Both the position numbers and the translations under genes were made by a program. Source: Candidatus Anderseniibacteriota bacterium (GTDB taxonomy: Bacteria; Patescibacteriota; Andersenbacteria; UBA10190). From it: a stretch of DNA of 64,000 bases. Location: assembly GCA_021414205.1 (NCBI GenBank), contig JAIOOW010000002.1, forward strand, positions 215,062-279,061. Direction: 5' to 3'. Each line of letters begins with the position of its first letter. Within the stretch, counting starts at the first letter, position 1. The notes under the pieces were generated by a model. It saw nothing but the letters and a program-made list of their open reading frames with translations, searched no databases and was not told the origin of the DNA. Of this stretch, positions 38,301 to 47,662 are shown piece by piece.

Positions 38301-38943
38301 CCCGAATGACAACCCGTCGCAAGCGACAATCCAGCTTCCGGAAACAAATAGTCAATGGCAAACAAAGAATATAATAATCAATGGGAGCAATATCCACCCC
38401 GATGCAAGTCTTATCCTCTATGTACCAGCTGACAGCGGCGAATCCCAAACCCAATTTGCATCCATTGCCGTCACAAGAATACCCATCCTTCCGTCAAGAT
38501 TCATCCAAACGGCAAACCCTCCATTATCATCCCTAGACGCCAAAACGGAAGAAATTGACCCGACTACTACCGTACTGCACGTGAGCGATATTGGATCATC
38601 TCCAAGAATGCTCATACTATCAAATCGCTTCGACCCCGGGTGGAAGGTATTCGTTAGGCCGCAAGGATCTAAAAAGCTACCAATATGGGAACGAATACTC
38701 TTTAAGACGCCAGGCCAAGAAATTTCAAAAGATTCTCACATACAGGCAAATGCATTAATGAATGGCTGGATTCTCGACCCCCAAGAAGTTCAATCAAAAC
38801 TCGGAACAACTCAAAATATTGATATTGTTATGGAATATTGGCCTCAGCGATATATGAACATCGGAGTATTATTGTCATTAGCTACTCTTGTGTTGTATAC
38901 AATAGGGATGATTATTGCATTCCTGCGCCATGGCAAAATATAA
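35338..38943 (+). CDS. giant (1201 aa) membrane protein: N-terminal polytopic domain, large extracytoplasmic region with an internal tandem repeat, C-terminal TM
   Basis: About 12 N-terminal TM helices with an early SGDYWY motif; two homologous modules (GDCNNSDNTTKEANGIS...KNHIAC and SDCNNADSTSVEKNGIK...KHIAC); final TM helix. Confidence 0.6.
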   Translation: MFSIAFMKKFGGLFLLIALSVIAHWQWLVLPGIFTSGDYWYVPNQVFSESLTLPKILDASGSLTTGISQPTFVLLYVIGGLLTKIHLGFAAWERIVFLWPIAILAPIPIYLFLLKTLRYPPGAFAGSLIYLFNTYILAREMMHLHIAIVYFLAPLLFIAVRDLLHRQNIKSILSFIAITGVCSIFEIRILYILTFMLIAYSLYLLLTRKIILSWKMLRVILCAIIPVALLQSYWLIPFIFANSSLGYGSIVSRGLFRSYDHIGEAMTLYDPFWSGNQLTDFIPQQIPRWEYIIPIIAFLWLIVRLRAKKNSFFWFWSLIAIIGIFLVKQENNPFPQAYSWLYYHFPGFNFFRESSKLKIIVALALSALSAGSLLVIQSKFKKVANALILGLSAVMLINIIPLSTGAIEAMTVSNSIDNQFLATNKILESDAEFGRVLWVPSTERFTTASQTHPRLSLAALTGADWLPFVQDQADPFSITAQPVFKALLNFSSIRYIGEPADQIDHVYQLYNASKTDLGKNIAGINNLKPVQESPLDMPLWKNPDAKPHAYVADNLVAVHGAPRDFSGLDPSIATGFVFQSNVQDQTFQHIDSTIATNSEYIPFSPDSISIEQGQVHSNVKIPDSGTFQTVTRDDKKDSIAPILLAITDQTLSIIARMPTGDIPLATTPNTHQDYAITINGVHYFYTFTDQSQTIQLGITRLHQSKNSISFLAKINSDPLVKDASFEAGTWGSAGDCNNSDNTTKEANGISASQSPVATDGASSLNLTAKNHIACTGITISSAAKPATYFGSIDYQQKAGSAGYVKIFQSDTMKNLSFVQFNQKQNWQHADFSFDSDGTHNSTLYLYQPAGDGLFDNIHLDAYQLMSTASADIPDSTERMTTRPYQTSDTTISDSAITGSNVLAQTTFSPDMSVSASDCNNADSTSVEKNGIKASIAETADHIQALSIQAAKHIACVTLPLHDFNPTYDHLVSIRYRTILGTDAHATFYPNDNPSQATIQLPETNSQWQTKNIIINGSNIHPDASLILYVPADSGESQTQFASIAVTRIPILPSRFIQTANPPLSSLDAKTEEIDPTTTVLHVSDIGSSPRMLILSNRFDPGWKVFVRPQGSKKLPIWERILFKTPGQEISKDSHIQANALMNGWILDPQEVQSKLGTTQNIDIVMEYWPQRYMNIGVLLSLATLVLYTIGMIIAFLRHGKI

Positions 38944-40042
38944 CAGCATTTATTTTGTAACCCCGGAACCGATAAAAAACATGGGGAATTTAAGGAAGTA
39001 CCTGATAGAAAACACACAACACTTTACCACGTTTCACTTTCCCAATGGCTATTCGAATGCTCAGAGCCACCTAGAGCAGTATGTTAATGGGGAAAATACT
39101 ATTGTAACGAGCCTCCCTAAAATACCTGTCAATAATAAGCTTATAAAGTTACTTTCACACTATATCTATTTCCTAACCATACTCTTGTTCACCGTTAAAA
39201 GCGGCAGCATTGTAATTGTAGACAATCCAATATTCTGCATATTTTATAGCGTATTTTCTTACATCAAAAATCTGCATTTTATCCTTATTATTGGAGACCA
39301 CTATATCGAGAAGAACGGCTTTATGAAGATCTATCACATGTTACTGAATTTTTATAATAGGCACCTTCCATACGTCATATACTTAAGCCCTCCTATTCAG
39401 GCAATATATAGTCCGCTGCGCACAAGCAGTTTTCATCGCAGCCAATTGTCGCTAGGAATCGCAGACTTATGCATCGCAAATCGTCAAGACGTACTGGAAG
39501 AAAAGCTCCATATAGGTTTTATGGGGAGCATTCGACACGGACAAGGACTTCAAACATTACTTAGATATGTCCATCAAACAACAACCCCACTTCATCTAGA
39601 TATTATAGGAGATGGGTATGAATTAAATTTCTATAAGGATCTAGTACAGGATCTTAATATCGAGGATAAAGTAACATTTTATGGGTTTGCGCCCAATCGC
39701 GAAGAAATTGCTTCCAAGTGGCATATTGCATTTGCACTGTATGATTATGATCCGAGCAACGTATCATTGTATTGCGAGCCAACAAAAATTAAGGACTATT
39801 TGTCATATGGCCTGCCAGTCATTACTACAAAAACAACCTATTTTCATAAAGAAATTGCCTCATTCAGGGCAGGAGAAATCGTAGAAGAAAATTCTCAGGA
39901 TATTGATCGCGCAGTCGCTTCAATCGTAAACGCGTATTCGTCCTATAAACAAGGAGTACAAAATATAATTAACGCATACGAGTACCGTTCACATTACGAC
40001 AAGCAATTAGCATTTTTACAAATATATGAGCATACGGCATAG
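38930..40042 (+). CDS. GT-B glycosyltransferase (GT4-like), in a locally AT-rich region
   Basis: C-terminal GFMGSIRHGQG...IIGDG...FYGF...EPTKIKDYLSYGLPVITT; local GC visibly lower than the flanks. Confidence 0.65.
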   Translation: MAKYNSIYFVTPEPIKNMGNLRKYLIENTQHFTTFHFPNGYSNAQSHLEQYVNGENTIVTSLPKIPVNNKLIKLLSHYIYFLTILLFTVKSGSIVIVDNPIFCIFYSVFSYIKNLHFILIIGDHYIEKNGFMKIYHMLLNFYNRHLPYVIYLSPPIQAIYSPLRTSSFHRSQLSLGIADLCIANRQDVLEEKLHIGFMGSIRHGQGLQTLLRYVHQTTTPLHLDIIGDGYELNFYKDLVQDLNIEDKVTFYGFAPNREEIASKWHIAFALYDYDPSNVSLYCEPTKIKDYLSYGLPVITTKTTYFHKEIASFRAGEIVEENSQDIDRAVASIVNAYSSYKQGVQNIINAYEYRSHYDKQLAFLQIYEHTA

Positions 40043-40760
40043 TTGGGCAGTTACGGTTCCAATGGCAAACGAAGAGAAAGATTTTCAGCACTTTGCCGAG
40101 GAAGTTACAAAGGTTCTTGACGATATTGGTTCTGGAACAGTCTACCATGTTATCAATAATTTTTCGCATGACCGAACATATGAACTTTCACAAGAATTAT
40201 CTTTAAAGGATTCGCGCTTCATAACAATATTCGCTCCGGAAAATCGCCACTTACCGGATGCGTACATAAGCGGTCTTCGTGCCGCATTCGATGCAGGAAA
40301 TAAATACATTATCGAAATGGATGCCGGACTATCGCACGATCCTCATCAGCTTCCCGACTTCCTTAGGGCGCTCGAAGCCGGGCACCAGTGCGTGTTTGGC
40401 AGCAGAATGGTTCCAGGAGGATCAATTACGCATTCACCAATCAATCGCAGACTTCTTTCTCGTGCAGGCACGCTGCTTTCTAATACAATGCTAGGAACAA
40501 AGTTGGCAGACATGACAAGCGGATATCAAGGATTTCATCGAGACGTGGTGGAGAATATCATCAACTATCCGCTACAATCAACAGCTCATTTTTATCAAAC
40601 CGAATTGCGATACCTTCTGCGCAATTATAATACATGCGAAATACCTATTTCGTATCAATCCCCTTCCCCCCGCGTTTCAAAACGAGCAATTCAAAATGCG
40701 TACCAAACATTGCTGCACTATTTCTTTCTGCGGCTATCTGGTCGAGCAAAGGAGCTGTAA
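40026..40760 (+). CDS. glycosyltransferase family 2, polyprenyl-monophosphomannose (Ppm/DPM) synthase-like
   Basis: WAVTVPMANEE (PAYNE-like), EMDAGLSHDP (DAD-SHDP-like) motifs. Confidence 0.75.
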   Translation: MSIRHSWAVTVPMANEEKDFQHFAEEVTKVLDDIGSGTVYHVINNFSHDRTYELSQELSLKDSRFITIFAPENRHLPDAYISGLRAAFDAGNKYIIEMDAGLSHDPHQLPDFLRALEAGHQCVFGSRMVPGGSITHSPINRRLLSRAGTLLSNTMLGTKLADMTSGYQGFHRDVVENIINYPLQSTAHFYQTELRYLLRNYNTCEIPISYQSPSPRVSKRAIQNAYQTLLHYFFLRLSGRAKEL

Positions 40761-43045
40761 CATGCAATCGAGATTATCAGTATTGTTATAAAAAGACCGA
40801 TAAAAAACCCGGGCGCCTTATACTGAAATACGATATCGTAACTACCCTCCGATATATCTATCGCAGGTCGATTCGATTCGATGATTGCAGGCTTGCCATT
40901 TGCCATCCAGCCTTTCGCATAATTTTCATTTAGCACAACGCGCGTAGCAATCGGCGTATCAACATGAACCTTTACCGTATTGTAACTCCAGAAAACTATG
41001 GTTACTTTTGCTCGAGAATCTAGAGCCGAAACGGCGCCCGTATCCCCTTCATCATAAATAGTCCGCACTGCAGACTGCGGGCCGAGCACTGAGCAATACG
41101 CCTCCGTTCCATAGCCTGCAAAATACGCATCTGTCGTTCTTGTCGTTCGAGACCCTTGCCCAGCATCATCATATCGCTCAGGGGTATAGGCAATAGGATA
41201 TGGAGCTGGAGATATTAATGGAATAACATGAGGCAACACGAATGCCTGCTCAGAAATTTGATACGTCAAACTAATCAAGTCTATGGCAATAAAACCGATT
41301 ACGCACACTTGAATAACGTTGCCGTATTTTGGCATAAAATTGCGCAATCGATCCATTCCATAGCTCGCTAAAAGTGCAATCGGAATTACTGCAAACACAA
41401 TCACGCGAGATAAATTAGACCTCGGCAAAAACTTAATATGATCCAGGATCGGCGCCAAAAACGGTCCAAGTGTAGAGAGCGCAATTGCCAATATCGTCGC
41501 AATACTAAGAGCTCGGATAATGCGATTCTGGAAAAAGCGCGCACTGCCAATTAACGCCAATACCAATGCGCCATATCCTATATACGCGCCATACTCGTGC
41601 CACCCACTGCTTTGATTCAAAATTACATACGTATCATGTAAATATCGACCAAAAAATATATCCCCCAGCCATGGGAGCGTGTACGAGGACGGCACATACA
41701 CCCTATCCGTAAATTGCTTCAACCAATATATAACAGGAATTAATTTAAACGACACGAGGCCGAGCCCCCATAATCCCGACTTCAAGGCAGTTAAAAATGC
41801 ATCTTTTTTTCGAGAAGCAAGCAAGGTCAAAACAATAAACGCGATCGTGGTATATATAAGCAAATACACTCCTCCGCCCAAAAATGTAAGTGCTAAAAAT
41901 ATTCCAAGTATTATTGGGCGCATTTTTTTCTGATACACGCAAAGCCAAGCCCAAAATATCCACGGAATCCACATGACGGTAAGAATATTCACATGCCCCT
42001 CGACGTTTTCAATTAAATTAACTCCACCGAATGAAACAATAAGAGCTGCAAGCAGTCCTGCCTCAACAGATCGCCCAAGCTTGCGCGCCAACACGAGCAT
42101 ACCAATCGCACCGACTATAACGGATAGCACCACATCAAGCCGTAACCCCCACGAAGAACCAAATAGTAATACCAATAAAAACGTTGGTGTAAATACTGGA
42201 AATTCCGGATCCCCTAATCCTGCTGTACCCCCGCAAGGATACGGATCCCAGAACGGAAAGGTATGCAATTGCAAAATTGCTTTGCGATACGAATCGTGAA
42301 GAGGTACATACAAATCCCAATCAGCTATTCCCAAGTCTCCGGTTGGAAATAAATACCCCAAATTTCCAAGTGGTGCAAGAAAAACGATACCTACTATAGC
42401 CCCTATCATTTTCTGCTTACTTGTTTTTAAAAGTGAAATTAAGGCAATACCGATCATTGCAATTGCGCCAACAATAACTCCTTGTCGAGCACCAAAGTCT
42501 GTAGGAACACGCCTCATAAACGTCAAAGAAATAATTGCAGACTGTGGCTGTCCATTTATTGACAACTTTTGAGCAGCGGATAGATTTTTATCTCGCTCCA
42601 TCATAAGAAGCGACAATGGATCCCCGTGCAGGAACGAAATGTCGAGCAAATACGCCCCCTCATGACTAACCCTCCACCAACTCGTATCCATCTGAATACG
42701 AGAAACGTTCGCACTTGAAAGATAAGAAACAGTATCGGCATCGCCCCGAGCAACGATACTGCCTTTGGGGTCCGTAATAACTACCCGCACTACCCTCCCT
42801 GATAACGTTGAGGTATTAGAAAATACAGCAACTCCTGAGTACACACCTTCCGTCAAATGAACTTTTTGCTGTAAATGATCACCCGCATGAAGAGAAATTT
42901 CTACTGGCGTATCAAAATATTTCACAATACGAATACGCTCCGTAGACAATGGAACAATATATACAATCAGCACCGCAACAAGAGCAATAGACGTAACTAA
43001 AATAAGTCGTCCAATTCCGGAACCAATAACTTGACGAATACCCAT
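40718..43045 (-). CDS. large (775 aa) polytopic membrane protein, putative GT-C-fold glycosyltransferase
   Basis: N-terminal anchor plus extracytoplasmic domain, then more than 10 TM helices with IADWDLYVPLHDSYR and FPFWDPYPCGG motifs, C-terminal beta-domain and final TM. Confidence 0.6.
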   Translation of the reverse strand: MGIRQVIGSGIGRLILVTSIALVAVLIVYIVPLSTERIRIVKYFDTPVEISLHAGDHLQQKVHLTEGVYSGVAVFSNTSTLSGRVVRVVITDPKGSIVARGDADTVSYLSSANVSRIQMDTSWWRVSHEGAYLLDISFLHGDPLSLLMMERDKNLSAAQKLSINGQPQSAIISLTFMRRVPTDFGARQGVIVGAIAMIGIALISLLKTSKQKMIGAIVGIVFLAPLGNLGYLFPTGDLGIADWDLYVPLHDSYRKAILQLHTFPFWDPYPCGGTAGLGDPEFPVFTPTFLLVLLFGSSWGLRLDVVLSVIVGAIGMLVLARKLGRSVEAGLLAALIVSFGGVNLIENVEGHVNILTVMWIPWIFWAWLCVYQKKMRPIILGIFLALTFLGGGVYLLIYTTIAFIVLTLLASRKKDAFLTALKSGLWGLGLVSFKLIPVIYWLKQFTDRVYVPSSYTLPWLGDIFFGRYLHDTYVILNQSSGWHEYGAYIGYGALVLALIGSARFFQNRIIRALSIATILAIALSTLGPFLAPILDHIKFLPRSNLSRVIVFAVIPIALLASYGMDRLRNFMPKYGNVIQVCVIGFIAIDLISLTYQISEQAFVLPHVIPLISPAPYPIAYTPERYDDAGQGSRTTRTTDAYFAGYGTEAYCSVLGPQSAVRTIYDEGDTGAVSALDSRAKVTIVFWSYNTVKVHVDTPIATRVVLNENYAKGWMANGKPAIIESNRPAIDISEGSYDIVFQYKAPGFFIGLFITILIISIACYSSFARPDSRRKK

Positions 43046-43055
43046 ATAGCTTTCT

Positions 43056-44336
43056 TTATACCTCGTTTTCTTTTAAAAACGCTAGCGCATCAGGAATCAT
43101 ATACAACGAACCTGCAATAAGTATACTCCCGTCTGTGCCGACATACTCTAAGCCCAGCTTCACAGCATCAGAAACACTTTCACGCACCTCAACACCATGT
43201 CCTACATCTCGTACTATGCGCGCAATAACATCCGGATCCTCTGGCATGTATGACCCCTTTGTAATAATAACTCGTTTGCATCTCGGCAATATCAAACTCA
43301 ACACATCTGCAATATTTTTCCCCTTTTTCGCGGCATACACGAGAACATCAAACACCGGCATTGTTTCTAGAAAGCTCACAAGTGCCTGCGCACCGTCTCC
43401 GTTATGTGCCCCATCAACTAAAATAAGTGGCTTCTGAGAAACTACCTGTAAGCGCCCCTCCCATACCGTTAAACTAACACCCCTAGAAATGTCTTCTTGA
43501 GACATGCGCAGTCCCGCGCCCATGAGCTCCCCGCACGCAGCAAGCACAACTTCCAAATTCTTAATTTGATGCGCGCCTAAAAGAGGTAGATGAATTCGCA
43601 TTGCAATCTTCTCTCCTGCGACATCTATATCCTGTCCGCTCAAATCTGAGCGCACGACATTCGTTTTCACAATACCTTGCGCTCGAATAACCTGCGTATT
43701 TTTTCGCCCAGCTTCGTCTTCTAATATTTTTACAACACTCGCACCCTCTTCTCGCGTAATAACTGGCACGCTATCTTTTATAATTCCAGCTTTTTCTCGA
43801 GCAATTTCCTCAACCGTATTTCCTAAAAATTCCATGTGATCCAATCCCACGTTCGTAATAATAGATAGCAAAGGGGTGATTACATTTGTTGCATCCAGTC
43901 TTCCACCCATACCGACTTCTATAACAGCAATATCTATATTGCTTCGAGCGAAATACAAAAACGCTAATGCTGTAGTAAATTCAAAAAACGTAGGTTGAAG
44001 ATTATTATGTTCAACTGCAACGCGAATTTCTTGAATCAGACTTATTAAATCACTGTCAGAAATCGCAACGCCAGAAACCTTTATCCTCTCATTAAATGCA
44101 TATAGATGAGGACTGGTATACAGCGCTGTCTTAAAGCCAGATTCTCGTAATATAGATTCCAGCATCGCACACGTACTTCCTTTACCATTCGTTCCAGTAA
44201 TATGGATGCTTTTGAAGGATTTTTCAGGATGCCCCAGAACGTCCATTAGCTCCTTCATAACAGCAAGCCCCGGCTTAATGCCAAATCGCTCCAAATGATA
44301 CAAATACTCCAACTCCTTCTGCATACGTGCTAGCAT
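43056..44336 (-). CDS. folC: folylpolyglutamate synthase / dihydrofolate synthase (Mur ligase family)
   Basis: HITGTNGKGST P-loop and Mur ligase middle/C-domains; start chosen at an internal ATG, with the first 43 codons of the track ORF being Cys-rich and atypical. Confidence 0.8.
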   Translation of the reverse strand: MLARMQKELEYLYHLERFGIKPGLAVMKELMDVLGHPEKSFKSIHITGTNGKGSTCAMLESILRESGFKTALYTSPHLYAFNERIKVSGVAISDSDLISLIQEIRVAVEHNNLQPTFFEFTTALAFLYFARSNIDIAVIEVGMGGRLDATNVITPLLSIITNVGLDHMEFLGNTVEEIAREKAGIIKDSVPVITREEGASVVKILEDEAGRKNTQVIRAQGIVKTNVVRSDLSGQDIDVAGEKIAMRIHLPLLGAHQIKNLEVVLAACGELMGAGLRMSQEDISRGVSLTVWEGRLQVVSQKPLILVDGAHNGDGAQALVSFLETMPVFDVLVYAAKKGKNIADVLSLILPRCKRVIITKGSYMPEDPDVIARIVRDVGHGVEVRESVSDAVKLGLEYVGTDGSILIAGSLYMIPDALAFLKENEV

Positions 44337-44354
44337 ACGAAATGAATACGAAAT

Positions 44355-45476
44355 ATGCCAATACCCCCTACATCCCTCAAAGCATGCTTTATAAATCTCA
44401 GAGCGTATCATATATTCGAAGAATCCTCTCAAATTGCAACAGGAGGCGCAGAAATAGCACTTCACGAGCTTGCCCCGCTACTAGGAAAGCATGTCAACAC
44501 GACTATTATTACGGGCGATTTTGGACAAGGCCACCAGATAAAAACTCAGCATATTACCCTGTTATCGTCTTTAAAACTCCGGCGCCAAAACCCATTCACG
44601 CAACTATGGAAATTTTGGAACGCCCTCAAAGAAGCTCGTTCAGATGTCTACATTGAATCAGTGTTTGGAAAAACAGTATTTTTCACGTGGCTTTTTTGCA
44701 GACTATATAGAAAAAAATTTATTTACATAACCGCCTCAGACAGCGAATGCGACGGGAGCGCAATCAAAAGATATCCTATTACCGGCAATTTATTCAAAAT
44801 AGCTCTCGAGCATGCAGATGTTATTGATGTATCCGTAGCTCATCACGAAGACCAGCTGCGGACACACCATCCAAATATTACGTGCCCTATTGCGTACATC
44901 CCCCTCGGAATGCACGCCTATACACCAAGCGCGACAGCTAAAAGAACAACAATTCTATGGGTAGCACGTTGCGAACCATGGAAAAATCCATTTCTTTTCT
45001 TGGAATTGGCAAAGCGCTTTCCGAAAGAACAATTCATTATGATCGCAGCACCATTAGAAAATCAGTTAAGATTATTTAAAGAGGTAAAACAGCAAGCAAA
45101 ACACATAAAAAACATGCGCTTTATCGAGGGCTTGCCCCATAGAAAATTAGATGAGTATTTTTTACATGCAAAAATCACAGTAAATACGTCCGATTTCGAA
45201 GGATATTCCATGGCATTTATGCAAAGCGGCCTTGCGGGTACCCCAATCGCAACCCTCAACTTAAATCCGGATTCAGTTATTACAACGCACGATCTCGGTA
45301 CATGCGCACATGGCGATTTTGAACTTCTCGTACAACAAGTACGAACACTTTTAGAACATCCAGAGGAATTGCGAAAAAAATCAAACAATATAGCTTCTTA
45401 TATGAGGGCTCATTATGATGTTGAGCGAGTGGCCGAGCAGTGGCTGCGCCTATTTGCAGAAATGTTCGCCTCATGA
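44355..45476 (+). CDS. glycosyltransferase family 4
   Basis: N-terminal IATGGAEIALHELA (GGAE motif), C-terminal GT-B domain. Confidence 0.7.
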   Translation: MPIPPTSLKACFINLRAYHIFEESSQIATGGAEIALHELAPLLGKHVNTTIITGDFGQGHQIKTQHITLLSSLKLRRQNPFTQLWKFWNALKEARSDVYIESVFGKTVFFTWLFCRLYRKKFIYITASDSECDGSAIKRYPITGNLFKIALEHADVIDVSVAHHEDQLRTHHPNITCPIAYIPLGMHAYTPSATAKRTTILWVARCEPWKNPFLFLELAKRFPKEQFIMIAAPLENQLRLFKEVKQQAKHIKNMRFIEGLPHRKLDEYFLHAKITVNTSDFEGYSMAFMQSGLAGTPIATLNLNPDSVITTHDLGTCAHGDFELLVQQVRTLLEHPEELRKKSNNIASYMRAHYDVERVAEQWLRLFAEMFAS

Positions 45477-45488
45477 AACAATAATTTC

Positions 45489-47183
45489 ATGAACCCAATC
45501 CTTCCCCTTGAAGCGTTTACCCCTCCGTACGACGCCGACTCCTATAATGAAGAACAAAAATGGAACTTATCCCCATTTTTCACAAACCTCACATCGTCCG
45601 TATACGTCCCCCTCATATCCTCTCCTGAAGTTATCGGCGCCTTGTGCTCCAGAACAAGCAGGGCAGCAGACGATTTGCGCTTAATTTTCTTAAAAGAATA
45701 TGTTGAGCCGTTTTTGCAAGACAACCCATCAGATACAGAACAAGCAAAGTATGGCAAAACGTTAAAAGAGTTTATCGATTTTTTACATACCCATCCCACA
45801 GAATCTATTTTCTCGAATCCAAAAGCTCGATCGTTTTATGCAAAATGGCTCGCACAATACGGAGACGATTCTATCGCTCAAATGGCCGGCATGCACGTGG
45901 TGTTTTCCAGCTTGTCGCAGATTGCAATCAAGCAATTCGAAGATCAGCGAATTGGCTTAGCCCCGATTGAAAAGTCTACGCGCTACGTAGATTATTCACA
46001 AAAAGTACATGGCGGATATCGCTACTACACCGACCCAACCTTAAAACAGCTCGGATTAGAAGAAGAGTATACATCAGCAATGAATACGCTATTTGATACG
46101 TATATTGATTTGATTCCGAAATTATCAGCCTATTTAGCGCAACAATTTCCAGATGAAACAAAAAGTGTTGTAGAGAAAAAAGCATTCGACACTGTTCGAG
46201 GATTGCTGCCGATGGCAACATTGTCTCAAGTGGCCTTTTTCGGAAATGGCCAAGCATTTGAATATTTAGTAAGCAGGTCCGCCCGACACAGTTTGGGCGA
46301 AATTCGATGGGCTACAGAGCAAACGTATCAAGAATTATACAAAGTAACACCATCATTTTTGCGTAGAGTAAAAGACCCTGCAAGCCAAGATAAAGTAGAG
46401 GCATATCAAGATTACCTCTCTCAAAAAACTGCACGCATTGCGAAATTTGTTCCAGAAACTCTCACAAAGAACCATGATCACGATACTGCTGTATCGCTTG
46501 TAGAATACGACGTTGATGGCGAAGCGAAAATCATTGCCGGCATGTTATACAATGCAGACAGTAACACTGCCTCTTGGGAAGATACCCTTGCTGCCGTACA
46601 AGCAATGTCAGAGCAAGAGAAGCGGGAAATTCTTGCTGCGTATTTAGGCAATAGAACTCAGCGCTGGCAAAAAGTTGGCCGCGCATTCGAAAACACATAC
46701 CTGCGATATGACATCACGATCGACATTGGCGCATGGAGAGATTTGCATCGCCATCGTATGCTCACTCAGCAGCGCCAGCTCTTTACGGTAGCCCACGGCC
46801 ACGAAACGCCCCAGGAGCTCATCGACGCGGGACTAGATCAACCCTATCGAGATGCGCTACACAAAGCAGCAGCTATCTATAGAAAAATTGCGGAACATGA
46901 CCCGATATTAGCCCAATACGCAGTCCCTATGGCATACAAAGTCCGTTTCATGCAATGGACTAACGTGCGCGAATGCTTTTGGGAAATGGAACTTCGAACT
47001 ATTCCAGAAGGCCACCCTGGATACCGCCATATCGAGCAAGAAAAATTTAGACTATTCGAAAAAGTATATCCGCTTATCGCGCAATACATGCGAGTAAACA
47101 TGGGAGAATACGACTTTGCCCGCCGCGGCCAGGAAGAAAAAATTCAAGAAAAATTAAAAGCGTTAGAAAAACTTTCTGCGTGA
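45489..47183 (+). CDS. thyX: flavin-dependent thymidylate synthase ThyX, long (564 aa) two-domain form
   Basis: C-terminal half has WRDLHRHRMLTQQRQ (ThyX RHR motif); N-terminal half is ThyX-like with a degenerate motif. Confidence 0.85.
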   Translation: MNPILPLEAFTPPYDADSYNEEQKWNLSPFFTNLTSSVYVPLISSPEVIGALCSRTSRAADDLRLIFLKEYVEPFLQDNPSDTEQAKYGKTLKEFIDFLHTHPTESIFSNPKARSFYAKWLAQYGDDSIAQMAGMHVVFSSLSQIAIKQFEDQRIGLAPIEKSTRYVDYSQKVHGGYRYYTDPTLKQLGLEEEYTSAMNTLFDTYIDLIPKLSAYLAQQFPDETKSVVEKKAFDTVRGLLPMATLSQVAFFGNGQAFEYLVSRSARHSLGEIRWATEQTYQELYKVTPSFLRRVKDPASQDKVEAYQDYLSQKTARIAKFVPETLTKNHDHDTAVSLVEYDVDGEAKIIAGMLYNADSNTASWEDTLAAVQAMSEQEKREILAAYLGNRTQRWQKVGRAFENTYLRYDITIDIGAWRDLHRHRMLTQQRQLFTVAHGHETPQELIDAGLDQPYRDALHKAAAIYRKIAEHDPILAQYAVPMAYKVRFMQWTNVRECFWEMELRTIPEGHPGYRHIEQEKFRLFEKVYPLIAQYMRVNMGEYDFARRGQEEKIQEKLKALEKLSA

Positions 47184-47662
47184 TCACTCTTGTCGCCGCA
47201 ATCGATCCGAACAACGTTATTGGCAAAGCCGGCTCCACGCCGTGGCACATTCCGGATGAACTAAAATTATTCAAAGCAATCACGTACGGGCATGCGCTGA
47301 TTGCTGGGCACGTCACGTACAAATCTATCGGTCATGGGCTACCAGGCAGAACGTTATATGTGCTATCTCATAGTAAGCCTACCAAGAATCAAGAAGGTGT
47401 CGTATTTTGTTCGTCTACTACTGACGCATTAGAAAAGACAAAAAACGAACGAACAGTATTTGTTATAGGGGGTGGGTCAGTGTACGATGAATTCATGCCT
47501 CTCGCCCAAGAGATGCGCATCTCGCACCTTCGAACGGAATATTCAGGAGATGTATACTTCCCCGAGATCGATCACACCATCTGGCGAATTCATACAAAAA
47601 CCGAATATCCGCTTTTTACCCATATTCATTATGTACGCAATGAACAACCTTCAAAAAACTGA
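47180..47662 (+). CDS. folA: dihydrofolate reductase
   Basis: ITLVAAIDPNNVIGKAGSTPWHIPDELKLFKAITYGHALIAGHVTY matches DHFR; ATGA overlap with thyX. Confidence 0.85.
   Translation: MITLVAAIDPNNVIGKAGSTPWHIPDELKLFKAITYGHALIAGHVTYKSIGHGLPGRTLYVLSHSKPTKNQEGVVFCSSTTDALEKTKNERTVFVIGGGSVYDEFMPLAQEMRISHLRTEYSGDVYFPEIDHTIWRIHTKTEYPLFTHIHYVRNEQPSKN

Noticed and set aside
44337-44354. Divergent promoter region between folC and GT4
   Set aside because: Only 18 nt with no recognisable -10/-35 elements; the chosen start codons may be slightly wrong, but no motif supports a call.
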